Shown here: in pieces, positions 27,721-42,090 of the stretch
Numbering within the stretch: the first letter of the stretch is position 1
Layout: each line of letters begins with the position of its first letter
Source: the human T2T-CHM13v2.0 reference genome, Homo sapiens
DNA: 64,000 nt
Strand: one strand, 5' to 3'
Assembly: GCF_009914755.1 (NCBI RefSeq)
Contig: NC_060926.1
Translations under genes and position numbers: made by a program
The notes under the pieces: generated by a model
Databases searched by the model: none
What the model was told of the DNA's origin: nothing
What the model saw: the letters and a program-made list of their open reading frames with translations, nothing else

Positions 27721-28596
27721 AGTTCCTTTTTTAAACAGATAGATTTCAACTACTCAAGACTGAGACGGGAGTAGATGTGTCAACACGCACTTGGTAAATT
27801 AGATATTCGGAACAGACATTCAGCAGTAGACAATGGCATGGCCGTACTGATTACAAAATTCTTGAAATACTTCCATAATGGGGCCCCTTGATTTCTTTCC
27901 TGTCACGCTGGCCATACTGACCTCTCTCCGGGGACAGGCTCAGATCTCTCCAAGGTCCAGACGCCACTGTATTAACACCAGGCGTGGCACGGGGCCGCAA
28001 GCCTTGCTCCACTAGGAAGGCCAGTGTCTGTTCCGGGTGTTTGATTCTCATGCCTTGTGAGTTGTTAAATATCTTTAATATTACTCCTTAGGTTCGTATG
28101 TTGGTAGTAGCTAAACACCAAGGGTGAAATATTAATCTGAGTGAATTCTCAACAAGAGATGATCAGTTTTGGGGTTCAAGGAGGGAGTCGGGAGATCTGA
28201 GATGTAACTAAGGAGATTCTATTCAGCACTGGCCTCTGATAATCCCCCCTCCCCTGAAATCCCTGCAGCTTCACCACACTCCTCTTGAAGCTCCTGCAGG
28301 CACTTCAAACGCAACACGTTTTAGATTGAACACATTATCTCTGTCTGCTAAATCAGCTCTCTCTCTGCCTCCCCTAATTAGTGGAAGAGCTTCTCCAATG
28401 ATCTTATCCCCTATGGTAGAAAATTCAAAATCATCCTAGACTGTGTCTCACCCTTATGTCCTCTTTTTTTTATCACATACCAAGATCTGACAATTCTATT
28501 CCATGAAAAAAATCTTTTGAGTCTAACCTCTTCTCCAATCCCATTGCAGCTGTCTCCTAAGTTTTGGAATAGTTTCCTAAATGGTCTCTTGGCCTC

Positions 28597-28971
28597 TGTA
28601 TTCGTCTGTTTTCACACTGCTGTGAAGAAATACCTAAGACTGGGTAATTTATAAAGGAAAAAGGTTTAATTAACTCACAGTTCTGCATGCCTAGAGAGGC
28701 CTCAGGAAACTTACAGTCATGGCATAAAGGGAAGCAAACACGTCCTTCATAAGGCGGCAGGAGAGAGAAGTATGAGGAACCAAGTGGGAAGAGCCCCTTA
28801 TAAAACCATCAGCTCTCACGAGAACTCACTCACTATCATGAGAACAGCATGAATGAAACTGTCCCTATGATCCAATCTCCTCCCACCAGCTCTCTCCCTA
28901 AACGCATGGGGATTATGGGGATTACAATTAGAGATGAGATTTATGCGGGGACACAAAGCAAAACCATATCA
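28597..28971 (-). mobile_element. THE1/MST MaLR solo LTR
   Basis: TGTATT.GTC.GTTTTCACACTGCT...GACTGGGTAATTTATAAAG...GAGAACTCACTCACTATCATGAGAACAGCA...AAACCATATCA. Confidence 0.85.
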
Positions 28972-30039
28972 ACCCCCAACCTCTTTTGCCCCTCCAACAC
29001 TGCTCTTGGCATTCCAGTTCCTGCCTGGTCCATAGCCTACTCCTTCTTCATCTGTGGAAGGGAGGGTAGTGGGAGTCATTAGCCTGGGCAGGGAGGAGTG
29101 TTTTATCACTACACTGTTTAGAATGGTGCCAATACAAAGCACATCAACTTTCAGCAAGTTTATTATTGGGTTTAAATTCTCTACACACGATGCACTGCTT
29201 TTGCCTACACCTGGACAGTGTTCCCACTCACTCTCCTTAGTATGATGCTGGAGATAATATGATCTGCCATGAAGGTTAAATAAAGCAATGTTCACTGAGA
29301 ACTTAGCCCAGGCCCCTGCACATGCTGAGCATTTTGTTAATGTAACAATGATTAGTAATAGCATTGCTATTGGTTCCCCATCTCTGGCAAAGCCTTTCAT
29401 GCTTGGCCTCCCTCACTCTCTTTCACCTTCCTAAACCCTACACTCCAGCTATGCCAAACTGTTTACTCTGCCTTGGACACACCAAGTTCCTCAAGCCTTT
29501 GCAAATACTCCTTACGCTCCTAGAACAATGGATGTCAATTCATCATTTAGGATCCAGCTTACAGTCATGCTTTCCATGAAGCCTTCCTCAAATTAGCCAC
29601 ACAAAAGGAGTGACTCCTCCCTGTATTCCCATGACCCTCTGCTCATGCCTCCTCTTTAAAGCCTGCCTTCACTGGAGTTCCTGGAAGGGAGAGTCTGTTC
29701 AGCACTCATCTCTGTATCCACAGTCACCAAAATTGTAACTGCCCCATAATAAATTCCCAATACTTGCAGGGATTTTGCTTCTTGGCTTGTTTTGTTTTGC
29801 TGGAATGAATGAATAAGTAAATGGGAACGATTTTGACTTCACCCTAAGCCTAGCTAAAAGTTTGGGTAGTGACAGTTTTGGTTATTTTGTGTAACCTGAT
29901 AGTGGATCCCCTTTCTATGCCAAAAAAAAAAAAAATCCCCCAATACTAGAGTACCTGTTTTCCTAGGGAATTGACCTCAGCAACTGAAGGAGAGGCGATT
30001 CAAAGCAGGGAGTGTGATGAATAGGTCAACTCTGTCCTC

Positions 30040-31060
30040 GCAGCCGTCCCTGAGAGGGCGCTGTTCCCAAATCGAAGCCCCAGAGGCGGAGACTGAGACA
30101 CCGGCACTCTCCCACTGGACTGGGTCAGCATCCCTCTCCCCGCGCGGCCGCAGGTCTAGAGCTGAGCGCCTGCCCACAAACATGGCGGCGCCCTGCGCGG
30201 CTTCCCGTCGCCGCAACCGTGGGGCCGGCCCTGCCTTGCCAGTACTAGGGGACTTCCTCTGCGCGCCGGCTTCCTGCCCAGCTGGCATTTAAACCACCGC
30301 CTGGGGCTGCAGGATGCTGCTGCGGATGCAGAGCTGTCCGCGGGCTGGGCAGCGTCGCCGTCTCCCCTGAGCCGCCTCGGTCCGGCAGGAGCGGAGCCGA
30401 AGCATCCCTTGCTGCACGCAGGGCAGAGCAGGCGAGGGCTGGGGGCCGATCGGGGACCCCGGCATCTGGCAGTTTCCTTGCAGGTTCAACTTTAATTGCC
30501 AAGATTTCACCCCTCCTCCTCAAGCCCAGATTATTTATCCTCCCTCCGGCCTGGGCTGCTGGATGCAGCAGCGGCTGGGCTTGGTCCCAGGAGCAGGGAG
30601 AGTGCGCTCCCGGCCCTCCTAGCCGCGTGCCCGGGCCATGGTGCGGCTGAGCCCCGCGCTTGGGTGAGGCGGCGGCGCGGCTCGGAGCCCGGCGGACCGG
30701 TCCTACGGGACATCTTCCCCTGAGGAGGAGTCTTCCCCTGGGGCTGCGTGCCGGGGGCGAGCGGCGGCCGCGATGTTCAGCTGGCTGGGTACGGACGACC
30801 GCCGGAGGAAGGACCCCGAGGTTTTCCAGACGGTGAGTGAGGGGCTCAAGAAACTCTACAAGAGCAAGCTGCTGCCCTTGGAAGAGCATTACCGCTTCCA
30901 CGAGTTCCACTCGCCCGCCCTGGAGGATGCCGACTTCGACAACAAGCCCATGGTTCTGCTGGTGGGCCAGTACTCCACTGGGAAGACCACCTTCATCAGG
31001 TGAGCCGGCCCAGGGTCCTGGCAGCCCACCCCGGAGCCCAGCGCCTAGTCCCTCCGGTCA
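30040..31060. promoter_or_regulatory. EHD3: CpG island / EHD3 promoter and first exon; YY1-like AAACATGGCGGC (30178-30189), AT-rich ATTTAAA (~30287-30293)
   Basis: Dense CpG and high GC over ~1 kb spanning the EHD3 start codon, against CpG-poor flanks. Confidence 0.85.
30773..30999 (+). CDS. EHD3: EH domain-containing protein 3, coding exon 1 (MFSWLGTDD...P-loop GQYSTGKT)
   Basis: EHD-family N-terminus, EHD3-type MFSWLGTDDRRRK; donor AG|GTGAGC at 30999/31000; 227 nt. Confidence 0.97.
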
Positions 31061-33516
31061 CTCCTGGTGCTCCATCCCAGACAGGGGACCAATGGGAAGC
31101 CCTCAGTTGAGGGCTCTGAAGAGATCTGTGTTTGTGCAGGCGTCAAAATCTTACCCCACAATTTTTGCTGGTCCCCCTTCCCATCCTACCCAATACCTGT
31201 CCACTCTACTTGGCCCTTGGCTGTGGTGGTCAACCTGAAGTATTCAAGTGTAAAGCCATTCCCAGCCTCCCCATCTTATGGATGATGAAACCGAGGCCCA
31301 GGAGGCACAATGGAAGAGCTCCTGGTCTCTGGAGCGCCTTATGTTGGTGGGGATGTCTTACGTCTTCACTTTTTAGCAACACATCATTCACGGGCAAAAC
31401 CTCTTCCCTTGTTTTTCAAGGGGCTTGGCACTCACATGGGGGCCTCACAGTTGCAGCTGAGTTCTGATGGGTGCAGGCCTGGGAACGGAGGTGGCCTGGG
31501 GATGCTACTTGTCCTCCTTTTATCATTTCCTTCTCTAAAGCAGAGCTCCTGTGTATATATCTTGGAGACTCAACAGAAGCTGAGTCCAGAAGCAGAATGC
31601 TTTTTTTTTCCCCTTTCTCTTATTTGATCTTAATGGCTTAATAATAATATTAAAGACGCTTAGAGATGGAAGGGATATTGGCATTGTCTCATCCAGTTGC
31701 TGAGTTTGCAGGTGAGATAACCGAGGCGCAGAGAAGTTAAATGAATTGTGCAGAGCCATCTAAAGAGTGGGCAGCAGACCTGGGATGTTAAGTCCTAGAT
31801 GCATGTGAGGAGATGCTTGGCTAAACGCCTGTAACTCTGAGAATGAGTCATCCATTCCCTTCAATTACAGAATCCTTGGGCTGGAGGGAGGCTCAAGAAG
31901 TCAATTTGTTCACCCTGCATTCAGAGAAGTCCACCAGAGGCCCTTCTTATCTTTAGAGAACAGGCTTCACTCCAGTCCTCAATCTTCCCAACTTCAAGGC
32001 CAGCCATTTTCTTGGCCCCTTTTATAGCCATTCCAAATTGTTGAGAATGCTGTGGCCCTCTGTCTTAAGACTCAGGCTCCCACAGCTTGAGAATGGAGTT
32101 TGGTGGCCCCCCAAAGTCAAGTGTGCTCATCTCCTGCAGAGGGTTTGGAAAGCAGGGGTACCCTTATTCCTATTCCTTGGCTGTTTGAGCATCCACAGCA
32201 TGTGAAATGCTGTGCTTTGTTTGGTGAGGAGTGCAGAAAAGTTAACAGTCTAGTTACTAATTTTCTAGGTACTAATTTTCTCTAACATCCACCTTGTAAC
32301 GCCAGCCTTCTGGAAGTAGCACCATGCTAATAGGTCATGTCTAAACACAACACCACATTGAGTTTGTCCTTGTGGAGTGCACAGCCTAGGGCTCAGCAGC
32401 TTTAAGAGGCCAAGTGATTTCTGAAGGAGTTTGGGAGGTGATGGGCCTGTTGGCTCTTGTATGTTTTATATTGATAGAACTGCAAGAGGCCTTAGAGATT
32501 AAACTAATCCATTGCTTCTTAACTTTCTATCTTTAGAAAAATGTACGTACATCCCAAATTTGCATATAATGTTGGGGGTCCAAGGGCCTTCTTTGGACTT
32601 TAGGGTGGGAACCCCTGATCTAAGCCATGCTTCTTGTTTTATTAAGCACCCATTGCTGCCAAAGGCACTTCAGAGCTGCCTGGGTTGCCTGCAGAGTTTC
32701 CTTTGTGAGCCCTGGCCTCCACTTGGCCCATTCATGCCTCAGGGGAAGTTCAGGCCATTTGCAGATGGCCCTTGCCCTCTCAGCCTTCCCTGGCTCTCTA
32801 CACATATGGTATTTATAACCTTTCATACATTATCTGTAGCTTCTCCTTCCTGGTGTACAATCATTGACAAGACAACATCCATGCCTTAGCATCTCTGGGG
32901 CCTTGCCCAGGGTCTCGGCTATAGGAGGTTCCCAGTAGACATTTTGCAGAATGGGAGGGAAGATGGGGAGAGGTGAGGATCCCCAAGCAGCAGACAGGTT
33001 TGAGCGCCTTTTGTCTGAGACACTCTCCTGGCTTTGCCTAAGTCATCACTGGCTGTTAACTGGGTCTAAGAAAGTGGCAGAGTCAAATTGCCACAGATGA
33101 TTCCTCATCTGAGGGAGACAGTAAGACCGGGAGAGGCAGATCGCTCTTCTTTCTTATCCTCCATGTGCAGTAGTTCCCTCTCCCCACTCATGTCAGCAAC
33201 TGAATTTAGCTCATGCGTCAAAAGCTGTCTCCCCTTGAGGGAGTGTCAGCCAGTGCTGTAGGAGGGGTCATACCACAGGGAACCCTCCAGAACCAAATCA
33301 TGTACTTTTCTTCTTTCTCATAAAATCCAGTAAACAGTTGTTTTTAATTGGAAAATATAGAAAAGAATAAATTTAAAGAAGAAAAAAAGTCACCCATAAT
33401 CCCATGACTTAGGAGAAGCTATTTTAATTTACATATAAAATATATTTATATATAAAGCATATAATTTATATATAAATATATTTCCAGTATTTGTAGCTAT
33501 TTTATAGCACAGTTGA

Positions 33517-33856
<340 letters not shown>

Positions 33857-36800
33857 AGTTTTTCTTACTTATAGCATGAACATTTCCTATGTTATAAGCG
33901 TTATTTGTCAGCATTATTTTTAACAACTGCATACTATTTCACTATTTGTATATACAATTATTCATTCAACTAATGAATAGCATTGTTTTTAACAGCTGCA
34001 TACTATTCCATTGTGTGTATATACGATTCTTCACTTAATCTACTTCTCTTGGATGTTTTAGGCTATTTCTAATTTTTTGTTATTGTAGAATAATTCTGAA
34101 TATCTCTGTGTATAATATTTTTTCCTATATTGTGTGTGTGTGTTTTTTTTGTTTGTTTTTGTTTTTGTTTTTTTGAGATTCCCAGAAGTGGAATTGCTAG
34201 GCCAAAGGTTGGGCAGAGTTTTGTTTAAAATATTTTTTAACTTTAAAATTTTTGTACTAAGAGTCATATTTTGCAGTTGTTTTCCGAGAGGGTGAGTTGA
34301 CACTGCATCCCTTCCCCATTGCGAGTAAGGCTGCTCTGGGGTGGATAAGTGCGTCCATGCCTAGGTCTCAGAAGGCCTCCTCCTCTCCCTTCTCCCATCC
34401 CTGCTTCTTGCCTTGATTCTTGTCTCCATGCCAGGCCTGAACCTGTGAGGGGCCTTTTCCTCAGAAACAAAGATTTGCCTCTTTATTCCCCCAGTTCTTG
34501 GCGTTTTGCCCCTGAGGGTCCATCCACTTTCAGTAATATGTGCTTGCCACAGCGTCTATTTCTTGTCTGAGGAAGAACACACAGAAAAGGACATTCTTTT
34601 AATAACTAGTTAATGTGCTGTGATCTCTGCCTGAAATAACTTCCCCGGCCTAAGGCCCGGCAACACAGAGTAATAAAATGAACAGTAAATTGGCTTGGCG
34701 GCTGCCCTCTCCAACACAGGCTGCCTCTTTGGAGTACAGTAGCTCTGTGTCCCTCTGGCCCTGGCAGCCTTTCCTCCTGCCTCTGCTATTCTTCTCCCTT
34801 TGCTATTTCTCTGCCCGGCATGCAGCCTTGAATCCCTCCTTCCTTGGACCATCTGGCCCCTGGTCACTCCTTCTCGCTGCCTACTTCTGTGGCCCCTTAT
34901 TCTGCAGGTAGTGGAGGTGAGTAGCTGGCTGCTCCAGGGGCTGAGGAAGGCCTGAGTACTTCCATGGGCCATGAGGGAGGCCTCCCTGGACCTTGGCAGA
35001 GCTGAGAGAGAGGCTCTAGTGGATTGGCTGTGGGGCCTGGGGCTGCAGAGCTAAGCTGCCCCGGGCTCCTTGGGGAGGCTGGGCTGGTCTGGAGGGTTGC
35101 ACGGACCTTCTATCGTGTGACTTGGACTCTTGAGGCATGAGCACTTGGTAGGGCTGCTGGGATGGGAGTCCATCGTGAGGGCTACTGAGCTGGCCCTTTC
35201 AGCTTCTCCCACTTCAGGAGACTCTGCAACCTCCCACCCCAAAGGTGCCTTCGCATTTGCTGTGGCCGCACCAGCTCTCATCACCACCCTGACATCCCCA
35301 CCCCAGGCATTACAGCGCCACTGCGCCGGGAAAGATGGTTCTCCAGAAAGCCAAAGGGATAGAGTGAGAGGGCCACCACCCCAGTAGACCCACTCACTGC
35401 AAAGTCCATCCTGGCAGGCATAGCCCCTGCACCACCTTCAGCCCTGTCCACCCACCAAGGCCAGGGGATGTCCTTTGTCTGATAGGGTTCTGATCTGCTG
35501 GGTCTCTAAAGGGGCCTGGGTGAAAATCCACCTGCTTCTTACAAGGCCTAAGTGTTACACAAGGAAGCAGAAGGCCTTAGGCCAGAGGAACTGTGTCCGC
35601 GTGCCTCGGCCTGGCTTAGGGGCTGCCTTGAAAGTCAGGTGCCTGGCAGTCATCAGGAAAAACATTTACTGGGAGGAGAAAGACCTTTGGGGAAAGGTCT
35701 CCCTCCCATTCCCATTGACAGTGGGACGAAGGCCATGGAACACAGTCCAAGTCAGCAGAATCCAGCTCCACCACTTCCTGCCCAGGGACCTGGTTAGGAA
35801 GGTCTGACAGAGGTCAGGCCACCTCCCCTTTCTGACCCGCAGTTTCCTTATCCATAAGATGCGAATAGTAATAACCGCCTCACAGCATTACTGACCGGAT
35901 TCGGGGTGGGGAGGGGGAGGCAGAACCAGTTTAGCACCAGCTGTGCTCCAGGCACCGCGCATGGGGCTTTATCATTTCCTCTCCTCTCTCGAGCTGACTC
36001 TCTAACAGGAGACTTAGAGGCAGGCTCTCAGGAAGGTGCGGGAAGGCCCTTCTCCAGCACGAAGGGGAGGGCTGGAGAAGGGGCACGTCGCTGAGCTCTG
36101 GGGACGGTGCCGGGTAGTGCCCTGGGCGGGCTGGCCTGTCGCAAGGAGGCTGGACTGTCTGGCCACCAGATTCTCCTTCGTGCTGGAATCCCTTCATCAC
36201 ATGGCCGAGGGTGCTTTCGACAGGGCCAATTATAGCTGCTCCAGGGAACACGGAGCTGACTCATGCCTCAACTTGGCCGTGGAGAGTCTCCCATCCACTT
36301 TCTCGCTTGTGTCTATGGGATGCGTTACAGTCTCCCTCAAACCCCATGAGGCCGACAGGGCAAGTATTATCATCCTGGACTCAGTCTGTCCTGTCTCCCC
36401 TCATTCTTGTGCATCCCCGTCTCTGCTGTTCCCACCCTGGCCTGAATTAACTTTTCTTTTTTCACACTGCTGTGGGAATGTTTTCTCCTGGCAACAGAGG
36501 CAATCTGTATCGCTTCCCATAAAGAATCAGTGCATGAGATTCCTCAATAGATTTTTCCTTTCTGGACACAGTGGTGGCTTTGTTACAGGGGCACCTGCTG
36601 CTGTAAGCCATACCCAAATGTCCCTGAGAATTTACCCCACCCGACTGTGCTGCCTGGACTTGCTGGTGGCCTCATTAGACTCAGTGTTTCCCCAGACCCA
36701 TGTGTGGTCAGCAAGTTTTGGGTCATGTGGGTTTAGCAGGACAAACTCTAGGCCCTTGCCTGACCACCTCGGGCTGCAGCCCTGTAACTTCCCCGGAAGC

Positions 36801-38827
36801 CACCCTGCTAGGCTGGGAAGACTTCACTCATCTGCTGAGAACACCACGTCCCTCTCAGGGGTAGAATTTGAGACGCCTGTGTGAGAAGGATCCTTCATTG
36901 CTGCTGTTTGGCCCTGTTCATTCTGGGCATTTTTGAGGCTGCCTCAGAATGGTTCTTTTCAGCCCTCTCTATTTCAGCTGTCCCTGGAGCCTTTGATGAT
37001 CCCTACTTCCCGCAATCCACTGTTGCTGCTCCCTTGCAGAGCCCTGCTTAGGGCTTCTCATCCACACACTCACTAGGTCAGGTGCCTGGGCAGGCAAAGA
37101 TAGATGGGGTTTCCCAATCAGGGTGGAATCTTTCTCATGAAGGGTAATCTTGCCCGACTGTTTGTAAATCCAAAAGTGTCCTTTTAGAGCCCATGGAGCC
37201 AGGGACCTGCTCTGATCATATGATAGCAGCAGCTTTGGGATGCCACACCCCAGTCACTGAGGCCAAGCAGGGAACCCCACAGCTGATATTTACAGAGATG
37301 AGTACACTCCTGCGTTTGTGGGCCTCAAAGCCTCACCTCTCCTCCAAGGCCTGGCCCTGCCTGCCTCCTGCCAAACCATATTTCTTTGTGGCCTTCTTGT
37401 CCCATTCATCGTTCTAAAAGGGAGCTCAACCCTTTTGGCCTGTCCCTAAAGATGGCTGCATTTCCTGGTCAAGGCAGGAAAGGTGAGTGTAGTGGTTAGG
37501 AGCGTGAACTCAAATCCAAGGGCCAGGTTCAAATCCTAACCCTGTTACTGTTTACTGAGTGCATCACCTGGGGCACCTTTATCTCCTCCTCCTTCAAATG
37601 GAATGATAATCTAGGTAATTTAAGGTACTGGTTAAATGCTTAACTTCTGCAATGAATTTAATCCCCAGAACACCCTGTGAGATAGGTTTTCTTATTAGGT
37701 CCATTTGATGAGGAAGAGCATAGTGCTGATATCATAGTATGTGGGAAGGTGAAACGAGATAATCCATGGAAAATTTAGAACAACGTCCGGCACATCGCAG
37801 GTACTCAGTCAGTCTGAACGATTACCCGCCATGTTATGGAGTGAGGTACTGAGGTTCCCTGAGTTAAGTACCCCCTGAAGAGCATAGCCCTCAATGTTAG
37901 AGAAAGCAGGTTGGCTGGCCCCAGGCCACTGAGATTCACAGCTTCTCCCAGGAGGCCCTGAAGGAGAAGGTATTCTGAGAAGGCAGGAAGTGCTAGCCAA
38001 GGGTGCAGCTGTTAGGATTCACTCTCATCACAACCTCGGTGCCAGCTTTCAAAGTGATCCTCTGACCAGGGGAAATCCTGCCCTCTCACTCTGATTATTG
38101 AACTGGGATCTGGAGGGATGAGGGGCTTCCCAAGACAACCTGAAACCCATCTGTGCCCTGTGTGGCGGGTGGCCTTTGGACAGGAGGGCTCCAACTCTCA
38201 GCAGATCAGCAGCTTCCTCCAGGGCTGGCTGCCGAGGCTCCTCCTTGGGGACGGAGCCCATAGCAACCTGACTTTAACTACCATGGAACTGCAGAGTAAA
38301 TTCACAGCTCAGAACGCTGCTCAAAGGCACAAATGGGATGTTGATGAGTGGGAGGAAGCCCTGGCAAGCCTCCCTGGCCACCACCCCTCTGTGCAGACCA
38401 GGCCTGCTGCTGCAGTCCACCTGTGCACATTACAACATCCTTCATGGTTACAAAGCATGCACACGTTGTGGGGAGGGGTGTGTGTGTGGGTGTTGGGTAC
38501 AGAAGGAAGGCATTGACAGATAGAAGGTAACTTTTTGACACCTGTTTAGGTAGTGCAGGTAAAACACCAAACACATTTAAAAACATAGCACAATTATAAT
38601 CTTTATCTGGGAATCCCACCATATACTATTACATTCGTAATGAAATTGCCTAATACCCAAGGGCACAAGGGAGGACTCATTTGCTGAACATACCTATTTT
38701 GCCAGGTACTATACAAGGCATTTTGAATGTAGTCTCTTCTTTGAAAGTTGGAATTAAATGGATAATGACAAGAAAGATAGAATGAAAGGTGTGCAGGTTG
38801 CTTCTATGCTAAAAAATAAGATCAGGT

Positions 38828-39144
<317 letters not shown>

Positions 39145-39146
39145 TC

Positions 39147-39450
<304 letters not shown>

Positions 39451-39577
39451 TCATAAATGTGTAGATCTGCATGAACACTTAATAACATAGTACTTGTGTG
39501 CATGGGACATTTCTGGAAGAATACAGGATACAAAATACAGATACTAGAGGGTAGGATAGGATGGAGATTCATTTTTC

Positions 39578-39905
<328 letters not shown>

Positions 39906-40425
39906 AGAGATTCATTTTTCATAGTGTACCTTTTATATTGTTTGTATTTTGTATCATATATGAGCTATTTTTATATTAAAGAACTAACCGGTTAAATAAA
40001 GACCTATGAAAACCCAGCAGAGTCTACGGAAGGTTTAGTTCTAACCATGCCTTTGTGTGGGTACTTCAGCAGGTTACCTTCAGTTATGGAGTCTGTAATA
40101 CTCTGTGTAAGAATCATTTCAATCCATGCTTTGTTTTTGAGCCCAAACCTTGCTCCTTCTACCCCCGCCCACCAGCCCCCAACCAATTGAGAAAGGGAAA
40201 AAGATAAGGACCAAAAAACAGAATATTTTAAGTTCAGCTGAAATTCCACCTCCTCTACAAAGTTCTTTGGACTTGTTATCCAGCAGGCATTTCTCCCGGC
40301 CATGAGATCTTGCTGCGGTGGCCCTGCCCTCCCCTCTGACTCGCATGTTGTCTGCCTTATAGTAAACATGCCGTGTTGATCTTTGCGCAGAACGCCTGCA
40401 TTAGGACTGTGCTTCTTCCTGCTAG

Positions 40426-40602
40426 GTACCTGCTGGAACAGGACTTCCCAGGCATGAGGATTGGGCCTGAGCCCACCACAGACTCCTTCATTGCGGTGAT
40501 GCAGGGAGACATGGAGGGGATCATCCCTGGGAACGCCCTGGTGGTGGATCCCAAGAAACCCTTCAGGAAACTCAACGCCTTTGGCAACGCCTTCTTGAAC
40601 AG
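40426..40602 (+). CDS. EHD3: EHD3 exon 2 (YLLEQDFPGMRIGPEPTTDSF...FGNAFLNR)
   Basis: Acceptor cttcctgctag|G, donor AG|GTGAGT; 177 nt, phase 2-2; dynamin-like G2 motif GPEPTT. Confidence 0.97.
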
Positions 40603-41633
40603 GTGAGTGTGGAGGGAACACAACACTTTCAGGTGCACTCTTTTCTTCTTGGGGTATGGGGAGTGAAAGAACAGTAGGCAGGGTCTTGGGATGCTTGGTG
40701 CCTAGAGTCTCCTGTCAATCTTTCCATACCTAGATTGTCCCTTGCTTGCTGAGAGTGTAACTGAGTCAGTTGTGAGATGCAGCAGCTGCAAATGCTGGGT
40801 TGATTCCTCCTTATCAGGGAGCAGGGAAGGATACAACAATGACTCAGGTCACATTCCCCTACCCTGCACCTACCCCTAGTAAAAGTGGAGGAGGATGCTC
40901 CATATAGTTCCCAGTATTTGCCTAAATATTCAGTGGCTGGGATTTGCATCCAACTGGAAGGAGGCAGACGAAGGTTCTTTTCTATTCACGGATATTGTTT
41001 CTACCTGGTGGGAAGAACCCTGGAATTAAGAGGGAAGCCTTGGGTTTGAGCACTAACTCTTCTACTAAATTGAATGACCTTGCACAGGTCACCTCTCTTC
41101 CCCCGGGACAAGTTCAGCCTTGCAGATACCAAGATCATCATGATGATGTGAATGGAGAAAGCTCTAGGAATGCTTGGCAAACTAATCTGGGCCTTCACAT
41201 TAATTATTCTGTTTAACCAGAATGCAGGCTGATCCCCTGCTCACACTTATTACACTGATAAATCCAGTTTCACATGTGCATGGTAAATACTTTGAAAATA
41301 ATTTTAAAACTACTTTTTCTAATTGGAGGTTTTTAGAGTAGAGGTAATGAATATGGGCTTTGCCTTCAGATAGACCTGGGTTCAAATCCTGCCTAATACT
41401 GTGGCTCTTGAACAAGTTACAAAACTTACTTGTTTCTAATTTTTCCCATCTGTAAATAGGATAATAGGAGTTAAAGGAGAAATAAGTGGGATAGTGAACA
41501 GAAAACACTTCGTGCCTGGCACATAGTAACCAACAGGTTAGTTAGTGATAGTGTTACTATGTCTTATTTCATTTGATTACTTAATTGTTTAGTGAATGGA
41601 ATAGGCATCTGCTGTGGCCATTTTTCATTGTAG

Positions 41634-42090
<457 letters not shown>

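Noticed and set aside
30245-30910. 221-aa minus-strand ORF over the EHD3 first exon
   Set aside because: Stop-poor GC-rich CpG island plus antisense shadow of the real CDS; Arg/Pro/Ala/Gly-rich with no domain
36036-36884. Longest ORF in the track (282 aa, + strand, EHD3 intron 1)
   Set aside because: GTG start, no recognisable domain, Ser/Leu/Cys-rich composition typical of non-coding DNA; one ORF this long is not very unlikely in 64 kb over six frames. PhyloCSF or Ribo-seq would settle it.
40004-40621. 205-aa minus-strand ORF, and similar ones at 56602, 57562 and 62294-62959
   Set aside because: Antisense shadows of EHD3 exons caused by codon bias
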